A stretch of 64,000 nt of DNA from Pseudomonadota bacterium. Its GTDB lineage: Bacteria; Pseudomonadota; Gammaproteobacteria; Steroidobacterales; Woeseiaceae. The stretch covers positions 6,960 to 70,959 of the forward strand of contig JBCDIL010000017.1 in NCBI GenBank assembly GCA_038749025.1, in the 5' to 3' direction. Of this stretch, positions 17,284 through 27,280 are shown one piece after another (the stretch's first letter is position 1; every line of letters starts with the position of its first letter). Below the pieces are notes generated by a model, which saw only the letters and a list, made by a program, of their open reading frames with translations, was not told where the DNA came from and searched no databases. Position numbers and translations under genes: made by a program.

Positions 17284-17988
17284 CTATTGAACCCGTTGCA
17301 GTATGGCGATGTAATCCTTACCGCGGTTGATACGTAAATCGTCGTCGAGGTAAGTCACGGTCGACGTCGATGGGGGTCGCGATGGATCTTGCGGCACGTT
17401 GATCGACAGCGGCGCATTGTCGGCGACGCCCAACGCAGAACGAACGTCGTTCGGTGTTACGTCTGCACGTGTGGGCACGAACGCGATGGTATGGAACGCG
17501 ACTTCAAGAACGTTCGGTGCTTGTTTGGCGACACCGAGATCGGCGGTAGCGATGTAGAGAAACGGTACGTCGGGATCGCCAGCGGTCATCGTCATCATGT
17601 TGCGGTAGAAACGCTTCTCGGGATCGAGCTCCTGCAACACCGTCAGGCTGGTCGCTTTGCGGCCGGGCTTGCCGCCACCCGGCAGTGCTCGGGTCATGAA
17701 CATCAAATCGATCTCGCCGACGACGCCTTGGCTGCTAAACCGGTTGATCCAAATACCTTTGGCCGCACCGGGATTGGCCGCTAAATCAGGAAGCGCCGCC
17801 GTCGCTTCGAGCGCTGCGGCTGCCGCATCGATAGCCCCTAAAACAGCCTCGGTTACTGGCGCACCCGGCTCGTACGCATCAAGTACATCGAGCAAGGAAG
17901 ACTTCGCGACAAGACGCTCGTCAGCCACCACCAGCGAGCTTAGACCACATCCGACGATCACCATCGTTACTAAGGCTTTTTTGAGCAC
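17284..17988 (-). CDS. PAP/fibrillin-like lipoprotein
   Basis: GTG 17988 has GGGAG 7 nt upstream and gives VLKKALVTMVIVGC (lipobox). The C-terminal block VTYLDDDLRINRGKDYIAILQRV resembles the fibrillin/PAP family end motif. Confidence 0.55.
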   Translation of the reverse strand: MLKKALVTMVIVGCGLSSLVVADERLVAKSSLLDVLDAYEPGAPVTEAVLGAIDAAAAALEATAALPDLAANPGAAKGIWINRFSSQGVVGEIDLMFMTRALPGGGKPGRKATSLTVLQELDPEKRFYRNMMTMTAGDPDVPFLYIATADLGVAKQAPNVLEVAFHTIAFVPTRADVTPNDVRSALGVADNAPLSINVPQDPSRPPSTSTVTYLDDDLRINRGKDYIAILQRVQ

Positions 17989-18098
17989 GCTGCAGCTCCC
18001 GCATTTTCGATTCCACGGCAAAGACAATAGCAGCCATTTATCGCCGACCGTAGTCCGATGGCCAGTGCGGGCTGGCGCGACTGTTGACCGAGACAGCG

Positions 18099-19592
18099 CT
18101 AGATATTTCCAACCGTACCTCGAAGCTGCAACGCCTCAGCAACAGCGGCTGGCGCGATGGTAGAGCGCGCAGCCAAATCGGTGATGGTTCGGGCGATCCG
18201 CAATGTCCGCTCAATGGCCCGAGCTGAGAGGTGGTACTGACTCGCCGCCCGCGCTAGTAATGCCTCGCCGTCACCGTCGAGCTGACACTCGGGTTGCTCC
18301 AGCACGCGTTCGAGCCTCGCGTTCAGCGTTCCGGCCCGGTCGAGCTGGCGTTGGCGGGCGACCGCGACGCGGGCGGCGACAACGCAACTCGGCTCGCCAG
18401 GCCGTGTCGTCGACAAGGTATTAAAATCGAGTCGTGGCACCGTTAGCCGGACGTCGATGCGATCGAGCAGTGGCCCCGACAAGCGCTGCTGGTAACGGGA
18501 CGTTTGGTCCGGCGTGCAGCGGCAGGCAACGTCGGGATCACCGCAGTACCCGCACGGGCAAGGGTTCATAGCGGCGACGAATTGGAATCGGGCCGGGAAC
18601 TCGGTTTGCCGTTGCGCCCGCGAAATAACAATGCGGCCGAGCTCAAGCGGCTCACGCAGCGCATCGAGCACGGAGCGTGGAAATTCAGCCACCTCGTCCA
18701 AGAATAAAACGCCACGGTGCGCGCGGGTAATTTCCCCTGGCCTAGGGTCGCGCCCGCCACCGACAAGTGCCGCGGCCGATGCCGTGTGGTGTGGTGCGCG
18801 AAACGGCACGGCAGACGACGCTGCCGCTCCGACCAATGAAGCGATCGCCGCCGCTTCCAGCGCCTCGTCGAGCGACAATGGCGGCAACAGCGACGGGAGG
18901 CGGCGCGCCAGCATGCTTTTGCCACTACCGGGCGGTCCCACTAGCAGCAGGTGGTGGCCACCGGCTGCGACGATCTCAAGCGCGCGGCGCGCCGAATCGT
19001 GACCCCGCACATCGGCAAGGTCCGGCATCGGCTCGCGGTGCTCTGAACACCCGTTGGTCGGCTGGCAACGCGGTTGCGGTGTGAGCCCGTTGAGATGGGC
19101 GGCAACGGCTTGCAACGACCCGATCGCGAAGACAGCGAGTGTGGGAACCTGCGCCAACTCAGCGCCATTGGCCGCCGGCACAATAACGCTACAACCCATC
19201 GCTTGCGCTCTCAATCCGGCTGTCAGCAAAGCCGGTACCGGTTTCACTTCGCCGCTTAATGACAGCTCGCCGTACAACTCGACATTCGCAGCGGCGTCTG
19301 GCGGCAACTGACCGCTAGCAATCAGGATGCCAATGGCGATCGCCAAATCGTAGCGACCGCCGTGCTTTGGCAAGTCGGCCGGGCCCAAGTGCACGGTGAT
19401 CGCATGCTGCGGAAACGAGAACCCCGCTTGAACGATGGCCGCACGAACGCGATCGCGCGCCTCACGAACGGACGTCTCGGCCATACCCACGACGGAGAAG
19501 CGCGGCAAACCGGGTGCCAGATGCACCTCGATTGTGACCATCGGCGCCTCCAGTCCGACCGGCGCACGTGACAGCGTTTGGGCCAGCGGCAT
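18099..19592 (-). CDS. comM: YifB/ComM family Mg-chelatase-like AAA+ ATPase
   Basis: Lon-like N-terminal domain, Walker A GPPGSGKS, block LFLDE, and a C-terminal Mg-chelatase domain. Confidence 0.9.
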   Translation of the reverse strand: MPLAQTLSRAPVGLEAPMVTIEVHLAPGLPRFSVVGMAETSVREARDRVRAAIVQAGFSFPQHAITVHLGPADLPKHGGRYDLAIAIGILIASGQLPPDAAANVELYGELSLSGEVKPVPALLTAGLRAQAMGCSVIVPAANGAELAQVPTLAVFAIGSLQAVAAHLNGLTPQPRCQPTNGCSEHREPMPDLADVRGHDSARRALEIVAAGGHHLLLVGPPGSGKSMLARRLPSLLPPLSLDEALEAAAIASLVGAAASSAVPFRAPHHTASAAALVGGGRDPRPGEITRAHRGVLFLDEVAEFPRSVLDALREPLELGRIVISRAQRQTEFPARFQFVAAMNPCPCGYCGDPDVACRCTPDQTSRYQQRLSGPLLDRIDVRLTVPRLDFNTLSTTRPGEPSCVVAARVAVARQRQLDRAGTLNARLERVLEQPECQLDGDGEALLARAASQYHLSARAIERTLRIARTITDLAARSTIAPAAVAEALQLRGTVGNI

Positions 19593-19629
19593 CGGTACGG
19601 CCGGTGGCCGGCTTCAGCTCAGCGCTGTA

Positions 19630-19869
19630 CTAGTCGTCTGGACTTAGTTCAGCGAGCTGACGTTCCAGGTCTTCCAAGCGCGCCTCGGCTCGCGCCAGTA
19701 CGGTGCGGCTGACCTCAAACTCTTCCCGCGTGACGAGATCGAGCTGACTGAGTGCCGAACGCAAGACGGATTGGAAATTTTGTTCGAGGTCGTCGCCCAG
19801 CGCGCGAACACCGTCGGGGACAGCAGCGGCTAACCGTGCGGCGAGTGTTTCAATCGTGTTTTGGTTCAT
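19630..19869 (-). CDS. ubiK: ubiquinone biosynthesis accessory factor UbiK (YqiC family)
   Basis: 79-aa coiled-coil protein starting MNQNTIETLAARL, with ...LVTREEFEV... Sits between comM and glnK as in Pseudomonas. The track ORF is extended upstream to 20019. Confidence 0.75.
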   Translation of the reverse strand: MNQNTIETLAARLAAAVPDGVRALGDDLEQNFQSVLRSALSQLDLVTREEFEVSRTVLARAEARLEDLERQLAELSPDD

Positions 19870-19871
19870 AG

Positions 19872-20549
<678 letters not shown>

Positions 20550-20584
20550 GCGCAACGCCAAAATAACGAGAAAGGAGCACCTTC

Positions 20585-21910
20585 GTGGAAGAACTCAACG
20601 AACTGGGCATTAAGGTTAGCGAACTGGCCTATGCGCTGGACACGTTTTACTTTTTGGTTTGCGGGGCGCTGGTCATGTGGATGGCTGCGGGCTTTACGAT
20701 GCTCGAAGCCGGCCTCGTACGCGCGAAAAACACCGCTGAAATCCTGACGAAAAACGTTGGCCTGTATTCGATCGCTTGCATCATGTACATGCTCTGTGGG
20801 TACACGATCATGTACCCCGGCGATGCCTTCGAGGGCGGCTTCTTGCAGCTCGGTACCGGTTGGTTAACAGGCGCGGACAACACCGTTGATGACATGTTGG
20901 CCGGTGGTGGCGCCGGCGAATCGGACTATTACTCTGACCTTGCCGATTTCTTCTTCCAGGTCGTTTTTGTCGCGACAGCGATGTCGATCGTCTCCGGCGC
21001 GGTCGCTGAGCGGATGAAACTGTGGTCGTTCTTCCTCTTCGCGACCGTGCTAACGGGCTTTATCTACCCGCTGCAAGGCTATTGGAAATGGGGCGGTGGC
21101 TGGCTTGAGTCCGCGCACTTTCTCGATTTCGCAGGCTCCGGCGTCGTCCACCTTTGCGGCGCCGCGGCCGCGCTCGCGGGCGTCTTATTTCTCGGCCCCC
21201 GCAAGGGCAAATATGGCCCTCGCGGCCAGGTCAATGCGATTCCGGGCGCCAACTTGCCGCTGGCAACGCTTGGCACAATGATCCTCTGGCTCGGCTGGTT
21301 CGGCTTTAACGGCGGCTCCGAATTGGTTGTGTCGAATGTCGGCGAAGCAAATTCAGTCGCCAAAGTGTTCGTCAATACGAACATGGCCGCCGCTGGCGGC
21401 ATGCTTGCGGCGCTGCTACTGGCTCGTGGCTGGTTTGGTAAAGCCGACCTAACGATGGCTCTGAACGGCGCGCTCGCCGGCCTAGTGGCGATCACTGCCG
21501 AACCGCTGGCGCCGAGCCCGATGGCCGCTACCGGTATCGGGATTGTCGGTGGCTTACTGGTGGTCGGCTCTATTGTCTTGCTCGACAAACTGAAAATCGA
21601 CGACCCGGTGGGGGCCATTTCGGTACATGGCGCAGTCGGCATCTGGGGCCTACTCGCCGTTCCGCTTAACCAAGATTATGCGGCGCTTAGTGAAGACTAC
21701 GAAACGACGTGGACGATGCTCGACCAGTACATCGCTCAGTTCACGGGCCTCGGCGCTATCTTCGTTTGGGTATTCATCGCAAGCTCGATCGTCTGGGTCA
21801 TTCTGAAATCGACCGTCGGTATCCGGGTCTCCGAGGAAGAAGAGTACGCGGGCGTTGATGTCGGTGAATGCGGGATGGAGGCCTACCCCGAGTTCGCCAA
21901 AGCCGATTAA
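20585..21910 (+). CDS. amtB: ammonium transporter
   Basis: Amt family blocks (DFAGSGVVH, ..ISVHGAVGIWG..). AAGGAG lies upstream of GTG 20585. Confidence 0.95.
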   Translation: MEELNELGIKVSELAYALDTFYFLVCGALVMWMAAGFTMLEAGLVRAKNTAEILTKNVGLYSIACIMYMLCGYTIMYPGDAFEGGFLQLGTGWLTGADNTVDDMLAGGGAGESDYYSDLADFFFQVVFVATAMSIVSGAVAERMKLWSFFLFATVLTGFIYPLQGYWKWGGGWLESAHFLDFAGSGVVHLCGAAAALAGVLFLGPRKGKYGPRGQVNAIPGANLPLATLGTMILWLGWFGFNGGSELVVSNVGEANSVAKVFVNTNMAAAGGMLAALLLARGWFGKADLTMALNGALAGLVAITAEPLAPSPMAATGIGIVGGLLVVGSIVLLDKLKIDDPVGAISVHGAVGIWGLLAVPLNQDYAALSEDYETTWTMLDQYIAQFTGLGAIFVWVFIASSIVWVILKSTVGIRVSEEEEYAGVDVGECGMEAYPEFAKAD

Positions 21911-21920
21911 GCACCGTTGT

Positions 21921-21950
21921 CAGCGGCGCTGCTAGCGCGCGGCGCCGCTG
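21921..21950 (+). terminator. GC-rich hairpin downstream of amtB (possible terminator, no U-tract)
   Basis: cagcggcgc-N12-gcgccgctg forms a 9-bp stem 11 nt after the amtB stop. No T-run follows. Confidence 0.3.
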
Positions 21951-22098
21951 GCCCCATTGGCTGCCCATCTGTTATACATAATGCACAGGTTCGGGAGCCG
22001 AAAGGGGCTTTGTGCGATGGACGTCACGGAGTTTCTATCGGTCTACGCTTAACGTAAGTGCCGGATAGAGGCGTCAGCCCATGACGGGCGACCGTGAC

Positions 22099-22557
22099 AT
22101 GAAGCAAACCATCGCAATTATCGCTGCTGTTCTTATCGCCGTTCCGGCGCTGGGCGACGTTTACACGTGGCGCGACGAAAACGGCGTTCTTCATTATGGC
22201 GATATGCCGCCAGAGAACGGTGAAGCGACGATCGTACCGCTCCAAACCCGGCGCACCGACAATGCGGCCGTAACCGCCCGGGCGAATGCACAGCGCGAGG
22301 CGCGGACAGCCACTAGCGAGGCCATCGAGAACGCTGAGAGTGCGCAAGCGGCCGAACGCGCCGCCGCCACGTTAGCGGCCGATGAACGCGAAGCGGCTTG
22401 CACGGCTGCGCGCGAACGTCTGCGCAACTACATCAACGCCCGCCGCCTGTACCGCACCAACGAAGCCGGGGAACGCGAGTACCTCGATTCGGCGGAAATC
22501 ACGTCGGCGCGAGCCAACGCCGAAGCCGACGTCGCCGATAAGTGCCGCGGTAGTTAG
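22099..22557 (+). CDS. DUF4124 domain protein
   Basis: Signal peptide MKQTIAIIAAVLIAVPALG, then DVYTWRDENGVLHYGD and an Ala/Glu/Arg-rich coiled-coil tail. Confidence 0.7.
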   Translation: MKQTIAIIAAVLIAVPALGDVYTWRDENGVLHYGDMPPENGEATIVPLQTRRTDNAAVTARANAQREARTATSEAIENAESAQAAERAAATLAADEREAACTAARERLRNYINARRLYRTNEAGEREYLDSAEITSARANAEADVADKCRGS

Positions 22558-22631
22558 ACGGTCGGCCGTGCGGAACGGCCTACCGGTCGACTCCGCTACA
22601 CTAGTCTGGCCGGTACACGCGGAGACGCACG

Positions 22632-23687
22632 GTGCCCACCGACAGCGCTGATCACACCGACCAAGCCGATTTGCCGGACCTATGTTCGGCCAAAGCGGTG
22701 TTGGCCGTCATTCTGATCGCTGAATTAATCGCGATCGTATTGACGCTCGCGAGCCACGGCCCGCAGCCCGGCTTTCTGCTAGCGCTATCGACAACATCGC
22801 TCTACATCCTTTGGCTCGCCTTGGTCTGCGCAGCCGTCACTTGCGCCATTCGTCCTTATCTGACTGGCATGCCGCGGTTAACGGCGTTGCTCATCGTCTT
22901 CGCCCTGCTGCAAGGCATCAACGTGGCGATCAGCGAGGCGGGCTGGTGGCTTAATACGCGTCTTGGCAGCGGCCAGCTAACGGCACTCGATCACGGCGAT
23001 TTCGTCATTCGCAACAGCTTAATTTTCGCCATCGTGTCGGCCATGGCACTGCGTTATTTGTTCGTCGCCGGCGAATGGCGCCGCAATGTAACGCTAGAAG
23101 CCAAAGCACGCATTCGCGCATTGCAGGCGCGGATACGGCCGCACTTTTTGTTTAACAGCATGAACACGATCGCCGCACTGACGCGGTCGGAACCCGCTCG
23201 CGCCGAAGAGGCGATTGAAGATCTCGCCGACTTGTTTCGAGCCACGTTAGCCGAGTCCGAGCACCGCATCGCGCTGAAAGAAGAGCTGGAAGTCGCCCGC
23301 ATCTACCAACGGATGGAGCAGCTGCGCCTCGGCGAGCGCCTTCGCGTGGACTGGCAGGTCAGCGATTTACCGATGCGGGCCTTAATCCCCGGTCTTACCG
23401 TACAGCCGCTGTTGGAAAACGCGATTTACCATGGCATCGAGCCGCTAGCAGACGGCGGCACCGTCGTCGTACGCGGGGCTCGGACCGACAGCGGGCTCAT
23501 CGAACTTACCGTCACGAACCCTGTTGCGCAGCGCAAAGTCCCCAGTGAGCGGCGTGGCAATCAGATGGCACTCGATAACATCCGCCGCCGCTTTGCCCTG
23601 GCGTTCGACGATTCGGCAACGGTAACGATTGAGCAAAGCGCGGATCGCTACGAGGTCCAGCTGCGCTTCCCGGAGGTGACTGGGTGA
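22632..23687 (+). CDS. algZ: LytS-type sensor histidine kinase (AlgZ/FimS-like)
   Basis: Multi-TM N-terminus, His_kinase block RPHFLFNSMNTIAAL, and an HATPase_c domain. Overlaps algR by GTGA. Confidence 0.8.
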   Translation: MPTDSADHTDQADLPDLCSAKAVLAVILIAELIAIVLTLASHGPQPGFLLALSTTSLYILWLALVCAAVTCAIRPYLTGMPRLTALLIVFALLQGINVAISEAGWWLNTRLGSGQLTALDHGDFVIRNSLIFAIVSAMALRYLFVAGEWRRNVTLEAKARIRALQARIRPHFLFNSMNTIAALTRSEPARAEEAIEDLADLFRATLAESEHRIALKEELEVARIYQRMEQLRLGERLRVDWQVSDLPMRALIPGLTVQPLLENAIYHGIEPLADGGTVVVRGARTDSGLIELTVTNPVAQRKVPSERRGNQMALDNIRRRFALAFDDSATVTIEQSADRYEVQLRFPEVTG

Positions 23688-24412
23688 CGCTGCGGGTTGC
23701 CATTGTCGACGACGAAGCACCGGCCCGCGAACGTCTCGGTCAGTTATTGACTGCACTCGACGATTGCACGCTGGTGGCGAGTCTCGCCAGCGGCGAGCAA
23801 GCGCTCGCGCATTGCCGCACGACGCCGACCGACTGCGTCTTGCTCGATATTCGGATGCCGGGCATGGATGGGATAGAAACGGCGGTCGAGCTCGCCCGCC
23901 TTGACGAACCGCCGACTGTCGTTTTCACGACCGCTTATGACCAATACGCGATTGAGGCCTTCGAAACCGAAGCGGTCGGCTATTTATTGAAACCGGTGCG
24001 GCGCGAACGCCTCGCTCGTGCCATCGACAAGGCTGCCCGCCTGAGCGAGAAACGCCTCGCGCCGCTCGCGACGCGGCCTAACGAACCGCGCCGGTTCGTC
24101 ACCGCGCGGCGCGGCGATGAGGTGCGGCTTATCGCAACGCGCGATATTGCCTACTTCGAAGCCGATCACAAGTACGTTCGAGCCTGGCATTCGCGCGGCG
24201 ATGACCTGATCGATGACTCGCTAAAAACGCTCGAATCGGACTTGGAGCGCGATTTTGTCCGGATTCATCGCAAATTGCTGGTCTCGGTCACCCACATTAC
24301 TCGCGTCGAAAAAAGCCGTGGCGGCGGGACAGAGGTACACTTACGGAACCGCGAAACACCGCTGCCGGTTAGTCGGCGGCATGTGGCGCGGCTCCGAGAG
24401 CGACTGAAGTAA
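23684..24412 (+). CDS. algR: LytTR-family response regulator (AlgR-like)
   Basis: Receiver domain (VLLDIRMPGMDG) plus a LytTR DNA-binding domain. Located upstream of hemC, as for algR in Pseudomonas. Confidence 0.85.
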   Translation: MTLRVAIVDDEAPARERLGQLLTALDDCTLVASLASGEQALAHCRTTPTDCVLLDIRMPGMDGIETAVELARLDEPPTVVFTTAYDQYAIEAFETEAVGYLLKPVRRERLARAIDKAARLSEKRLAPLATRPNEPRRFVTARRGDEVRLIATRDIAYFEADHKYVRAWHSRGDDLIDDSLKTLESDLERDFVRIHRKLLVSVTHITRVEKSRGGGTEVHLRNRETPLPVSRRHVARLRERLK

Positions 24413-24422
24413 ACGACAGACT

Positions 24423-25325
24423 ATGAAATTGGTGATCGCTACGCGCCGCAGTCCGCTGGCGTTGTGGCAAGCGCGGCACGTTGCAGACGCATTGACCAAC
24501 CTCGACGACGTCACCGGCGTCGAGTTGCTCGAGTGCGTGACCGAGGGCGACCGGATTTTGGACCGGTCCTTGGCGAAAGTGGGCGGTAAGGGCCTGTTCA
24601 TCAAAGAGCTGGAACAAGCGATGCTCGACGGTCGGGCAGATCTTGCTGTCCATTCGATGAAGGACGTACCGGCGACGCCGCCGCCCGGTTTTGCCTTCCC
24701 GGCGTTCTTACCGCGCGAAGACCCGCGCGATGCCATCGTCGGCAAGCCGGTTGCCGAGCTGCCCACCGGCGCTCGGGTCGGAACATCGAGCCTGCGCCGG
24801 CAAGCGCAACTCGCGGCGCATCGGCCGGACCTCACGATCGAACCGGTGCGCGGCAACGTGGGTACGCGGCTCGGCAAACTCGACAGCGGCGAGTTCGACT
24901 CGATACTGCTCGCGACCGCAGGCCTTAAACGGCTCGAGCTCGAGCACCGAATCGCAGACCGTTTCGCGGTCGAGACGATGCTGCCGGCTTGCGGCCAAGG
25001 CATCGTCGGCATCGAGTGCCGCGCCGATGCCAGCGCTGTTTGCGATGTGCTGGCCAAATTGGACGATCCGATCTCGCGCCGCGTACTAACCGCGGAGCGT
25101 GCCGTCGCCGCAGGTCTTGAGGCCGACTGCCATGCGCCACTCGGTGCGCATGCAATCGTCAATGGCGACGCATTATGGCTGCGTGGTCGTGTCGCAGCGC
25201 CTGACGGCAGCGAAATCATTGACGCAGAAGGGCGCAGCACGGGCGACCCGGCAGCACTCGGCCGCGAGATCGCCGATGCCTTGTTGGCTAAAGGCGCCGC
25301 CCGGTGGCTCGGAGAGTCGACGTGA
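24423..25325 (+). CDS. hemC: hydroxymethylbilane synthase
   Basis: IATRRSPLALWQA, GGKGLFIKELE and GTSSLRR blocks. Confidence 0.95.
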   Translation: MKLVIATRRSPLALWQARHVADALTNLDDVTGVELLECVTEGDRILDRSLAKVGGKGLFIKELEQAMLDGRADLAVHSMKDVPATPPPGFAFPAFLPREDPRDAIVGKPVAELPTGARVGTSSLRRQAQLAAHRPDLTIEPVRGNVGTRLGKLDSGEFDSILLATAGLKRLELEHRIADRFAVETMLPACGQGIVGIECRADASAVCDVLAKLDDPISRRVLTAERAVAAGLEADCHAPLGAHAIVNGDALWLRGRVAAPDGSEIIDAEGRSTGDPAALGREIADALLAKGAARWLGEST

Positions 25326-27280
25326 GCGCTGGCGACGAACGGCGCGTCCTCAACACGCGGCCTGTCGGCCAGACCGAAACGCTAGACGCGGCATTAGCCG
25401 ACGCCGGCTTCGCCGTTGACCACCTACCCGCGCTCGCCATCGAACCGATCGATGCGGCCGCCATCACGTCCGCTTACACGGCCGAGCTGCCGGCCGATTT
25501 TGCCGTCTTCGTCAGTCGCAATGCGGTCGACCACGGGTTTGGCGCGCTCGCGTTCGACACGACCAAAACCCGGATCGTTGCGATCGGCGCTGCGACCGCC
25601 GATGCGCTAACAGCGGCCGGTGTTGGTGATGTCATCGTCAACCCCGGTGTACGCAGCGAAGATTTACTGACGCTCGACGCGTGGCAAGGGGATCTCAGCG
25701 GCCAGCGAATCGTCATTGTGCGTGGCGACGACGGCCGCGAAGTCTTGCGCGATACGTTGCTTGAGCGCGGTGCCAGCGTCGATGTCGTGGACGTCTACAA
25801 ACGGGTCTTGCCGGAGCCCGATCCCAGCGAGGTTGAGCGCGTCTGTACCGCCCTAGACGACGACCACTACAACGCGGTCGCCGTGATGTCGCTGGCCACG
25901 ATGACGAACCTCGAGACGATCCTTGGCACGGGCCGAATGGCCCGCGCCACCGTTGTTACACCAAGCCGTGGCGTTGTTGAGCAGCGTGAACAGGCCGGCG
26001 CTTCCGGCGCGACGATTCTGACCGACAGCGCCGATCCAGCCGCGATCGTGGCGGCGATCCCGACGGAGGCGCCGACACCGGCTAGCGATAGCACTACAGC
26101 GGCGCCGCCTGCCGACACGCCGCCTCCCACACCGCCTGCGCCACCGCCGGTCGAACGCAAAGGCGGCGGCCTGGCGTTGATTCTCAGTATCGCGGCACTG
26201 GCCATGAGCGCGGTCGCGTTGTACCAGACGACACGTTCGCCAGCCGCGCCAGAACCGGTCGCTGCCGCCGAGACGACAACACCAGCGGCGACGACGACAA
26301 CGGTTGATGCTGCCGAGGCCAGCGCAGCACTCGATGCGCTGCGCCGCACGGTTACCGCCGCCGGCGACACCAGTTCGGCCAACCAGACCGCCATCGCCGA
26401 ACTCGAGACGGCACAAGCGGCCTTGCAACGCCGCTTGGCCGAGTTCGATCGGCAGATTGGCCAGCGCCAAGACTTGTTGGAGTCGCTCCCCGGACGCGTC
26501 GAGAACGTCGAACAATCCGTCGCCGGCATTCAAGGTATCGCGGCCGGTACGCGGACCGAATGGCTGCTCGCCGAGGCGGAATACTATTTGCAGCTCGCGA
26601 ACGCGCAGTTGCAGCTGGCGCGCAATCCGACCTTGGCCGCGTACGGCTTAGAACTTGCCGACCAACGGGTGCGTGAACTATCCGACCCCGCCTACACACC
26701 GGTTCGCCGAGCGCTCGCCGATGAGATGCGGGCACTCGCGAGCGTCGAGCAAGACGATCTCGAAGGCGTTGCTTTAGAGCTCGCCAGCTTGGCCGACAGT
26801 GTGGCGACACTACCGTTACGCGATGAAGTGGCCGCGCAGCGAGCCCAGTTACCCGACGAGGTTGCCGAAACGACCGGTGACGATGAAGAAGGCTCGCTCG
26901 GTCGACTGTGGCGGGCCGCTGGCGAACAACTCGGTAAAGGTTTTCGGGTGCGCAAGCTCGACGAATCACTGAAGCCTCTTATGTCGCCGGAGGCGAGCTA
27001 CTTCTTGCGCACCAATCTCGCGCTGAAATTCGACACGGCACGGCTGGCGCTGCTCCGTAACGAGCAAGAGGCCTTCGAGCGCAGCCTCACCGATGCCAAC
27101 GCGTGGCTGCAGGATTACTTCGACACCGACAGTGCTGCCGTCGCCAATGCGCTGACGACCCTCGCGGACCTTAGTGACGCAACGCTATCGACGACGTACC
27201 CGGATATCTCCGGTTCGCTGACGCTACTGCGGCGAACGCGCTCGCTGGCGAGCGGAGTCGCGGCTACCGACGAACCATGA
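25304..27280 (+). CDS. hemD: fused uroporphyrinogen-III synthase HemD / membrane protein HemX
   Basis: A single 658-codon frame. The HemD-like N-terminus (LNTRP...) runs about 250 aa, followed by a Pro/Thr/Ala-rich linker, one TM helix (LALILSIAALAMSAVALY), and a HemX block WLLAEAEYYLQLANAQLQL. The start could be ATG 25304 or GTG 25322 (GTGA overlap with hemC). Confidence 0.8.
   Translation: MARRVDVSAGDERRVLNTRPVGQTETLDAALADAGFAVDHLPALAIEPIDAAAITSAYTAELPADFAVFVSRNAVDHGFGALAFDTTKTRIVAIGAATADALTAAGVGDVIVNPGVRSEDLLTLDAWQGDLSGQRIVIVRGDDGREVLRDTLLERGASVDVVDVYKRVLPEPDPSEVERVCTALDDDHYNAVAVMSLATMTNLETILGTGRMARATVVTPSRGVVEQREQAGASGATILTDSADPAAIVAAIPTEAPTPASDSTTAAPPADTPPPTPPAPPPVERKGGGLALILSIAALAMSAVALYQTTRSPAAPEPVAAAETTTPAATTTTVDAAEASAALDALRRTVTAAGDTSSANQTAIAELETAQAALQRRLAEFDRQIGQRQDLLESLPGRVENVEQSVAGIQGIAAGTRTEWLLAEAEYYLQLANAQLQLARNPTLAAYGLELADQRVRELSDPAYTPVRRALADEMRALASVEQDDLEGVALELASLADSVATLPLRDEVAAQRAQLPDEVAETTGDDEEGSLGRLWRAAGEQLGKGFRVRKLDESLKPLMSPEASYFLRTNLALKFDTARLALLRNEQEAFERSLTDANAWLQDYFDTDSAAVANALTTLADLSDATLSTTYPDISGSLTLLRRTRSLASGVAATDEP

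Noticed and set aside
21951-22098. The 170-nt amtB/DUF4124 intergenic region as a possible small RNA or tRNA (it contains ggttcgggagccgaaagggg).
   Set aside because: There is no tRNA cloverleaf or T-loop consensus, no promoter/terminator pair, and no match to any ncRNA family I can recognise by eye.
24341-25240. 299-codon ORF antisense to hemC. Similar long antisense or shadow ORFs include 7691..8368, 21079..21642, 25853..26533, 25867..26529, 26352..26969, 33771..34445, 49019..49756, 50840..51439, 51770..52426 and 60044..60583.
   Set aside because: Each lies fully inside a confidently recognised gene on the other strand. Their translations are Ser/Arg/Ala/Pro-rich low-complexity strings with no recognisable motifs. 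Such stop-free shadow frames are expected in about 60-65% G+C DNA.
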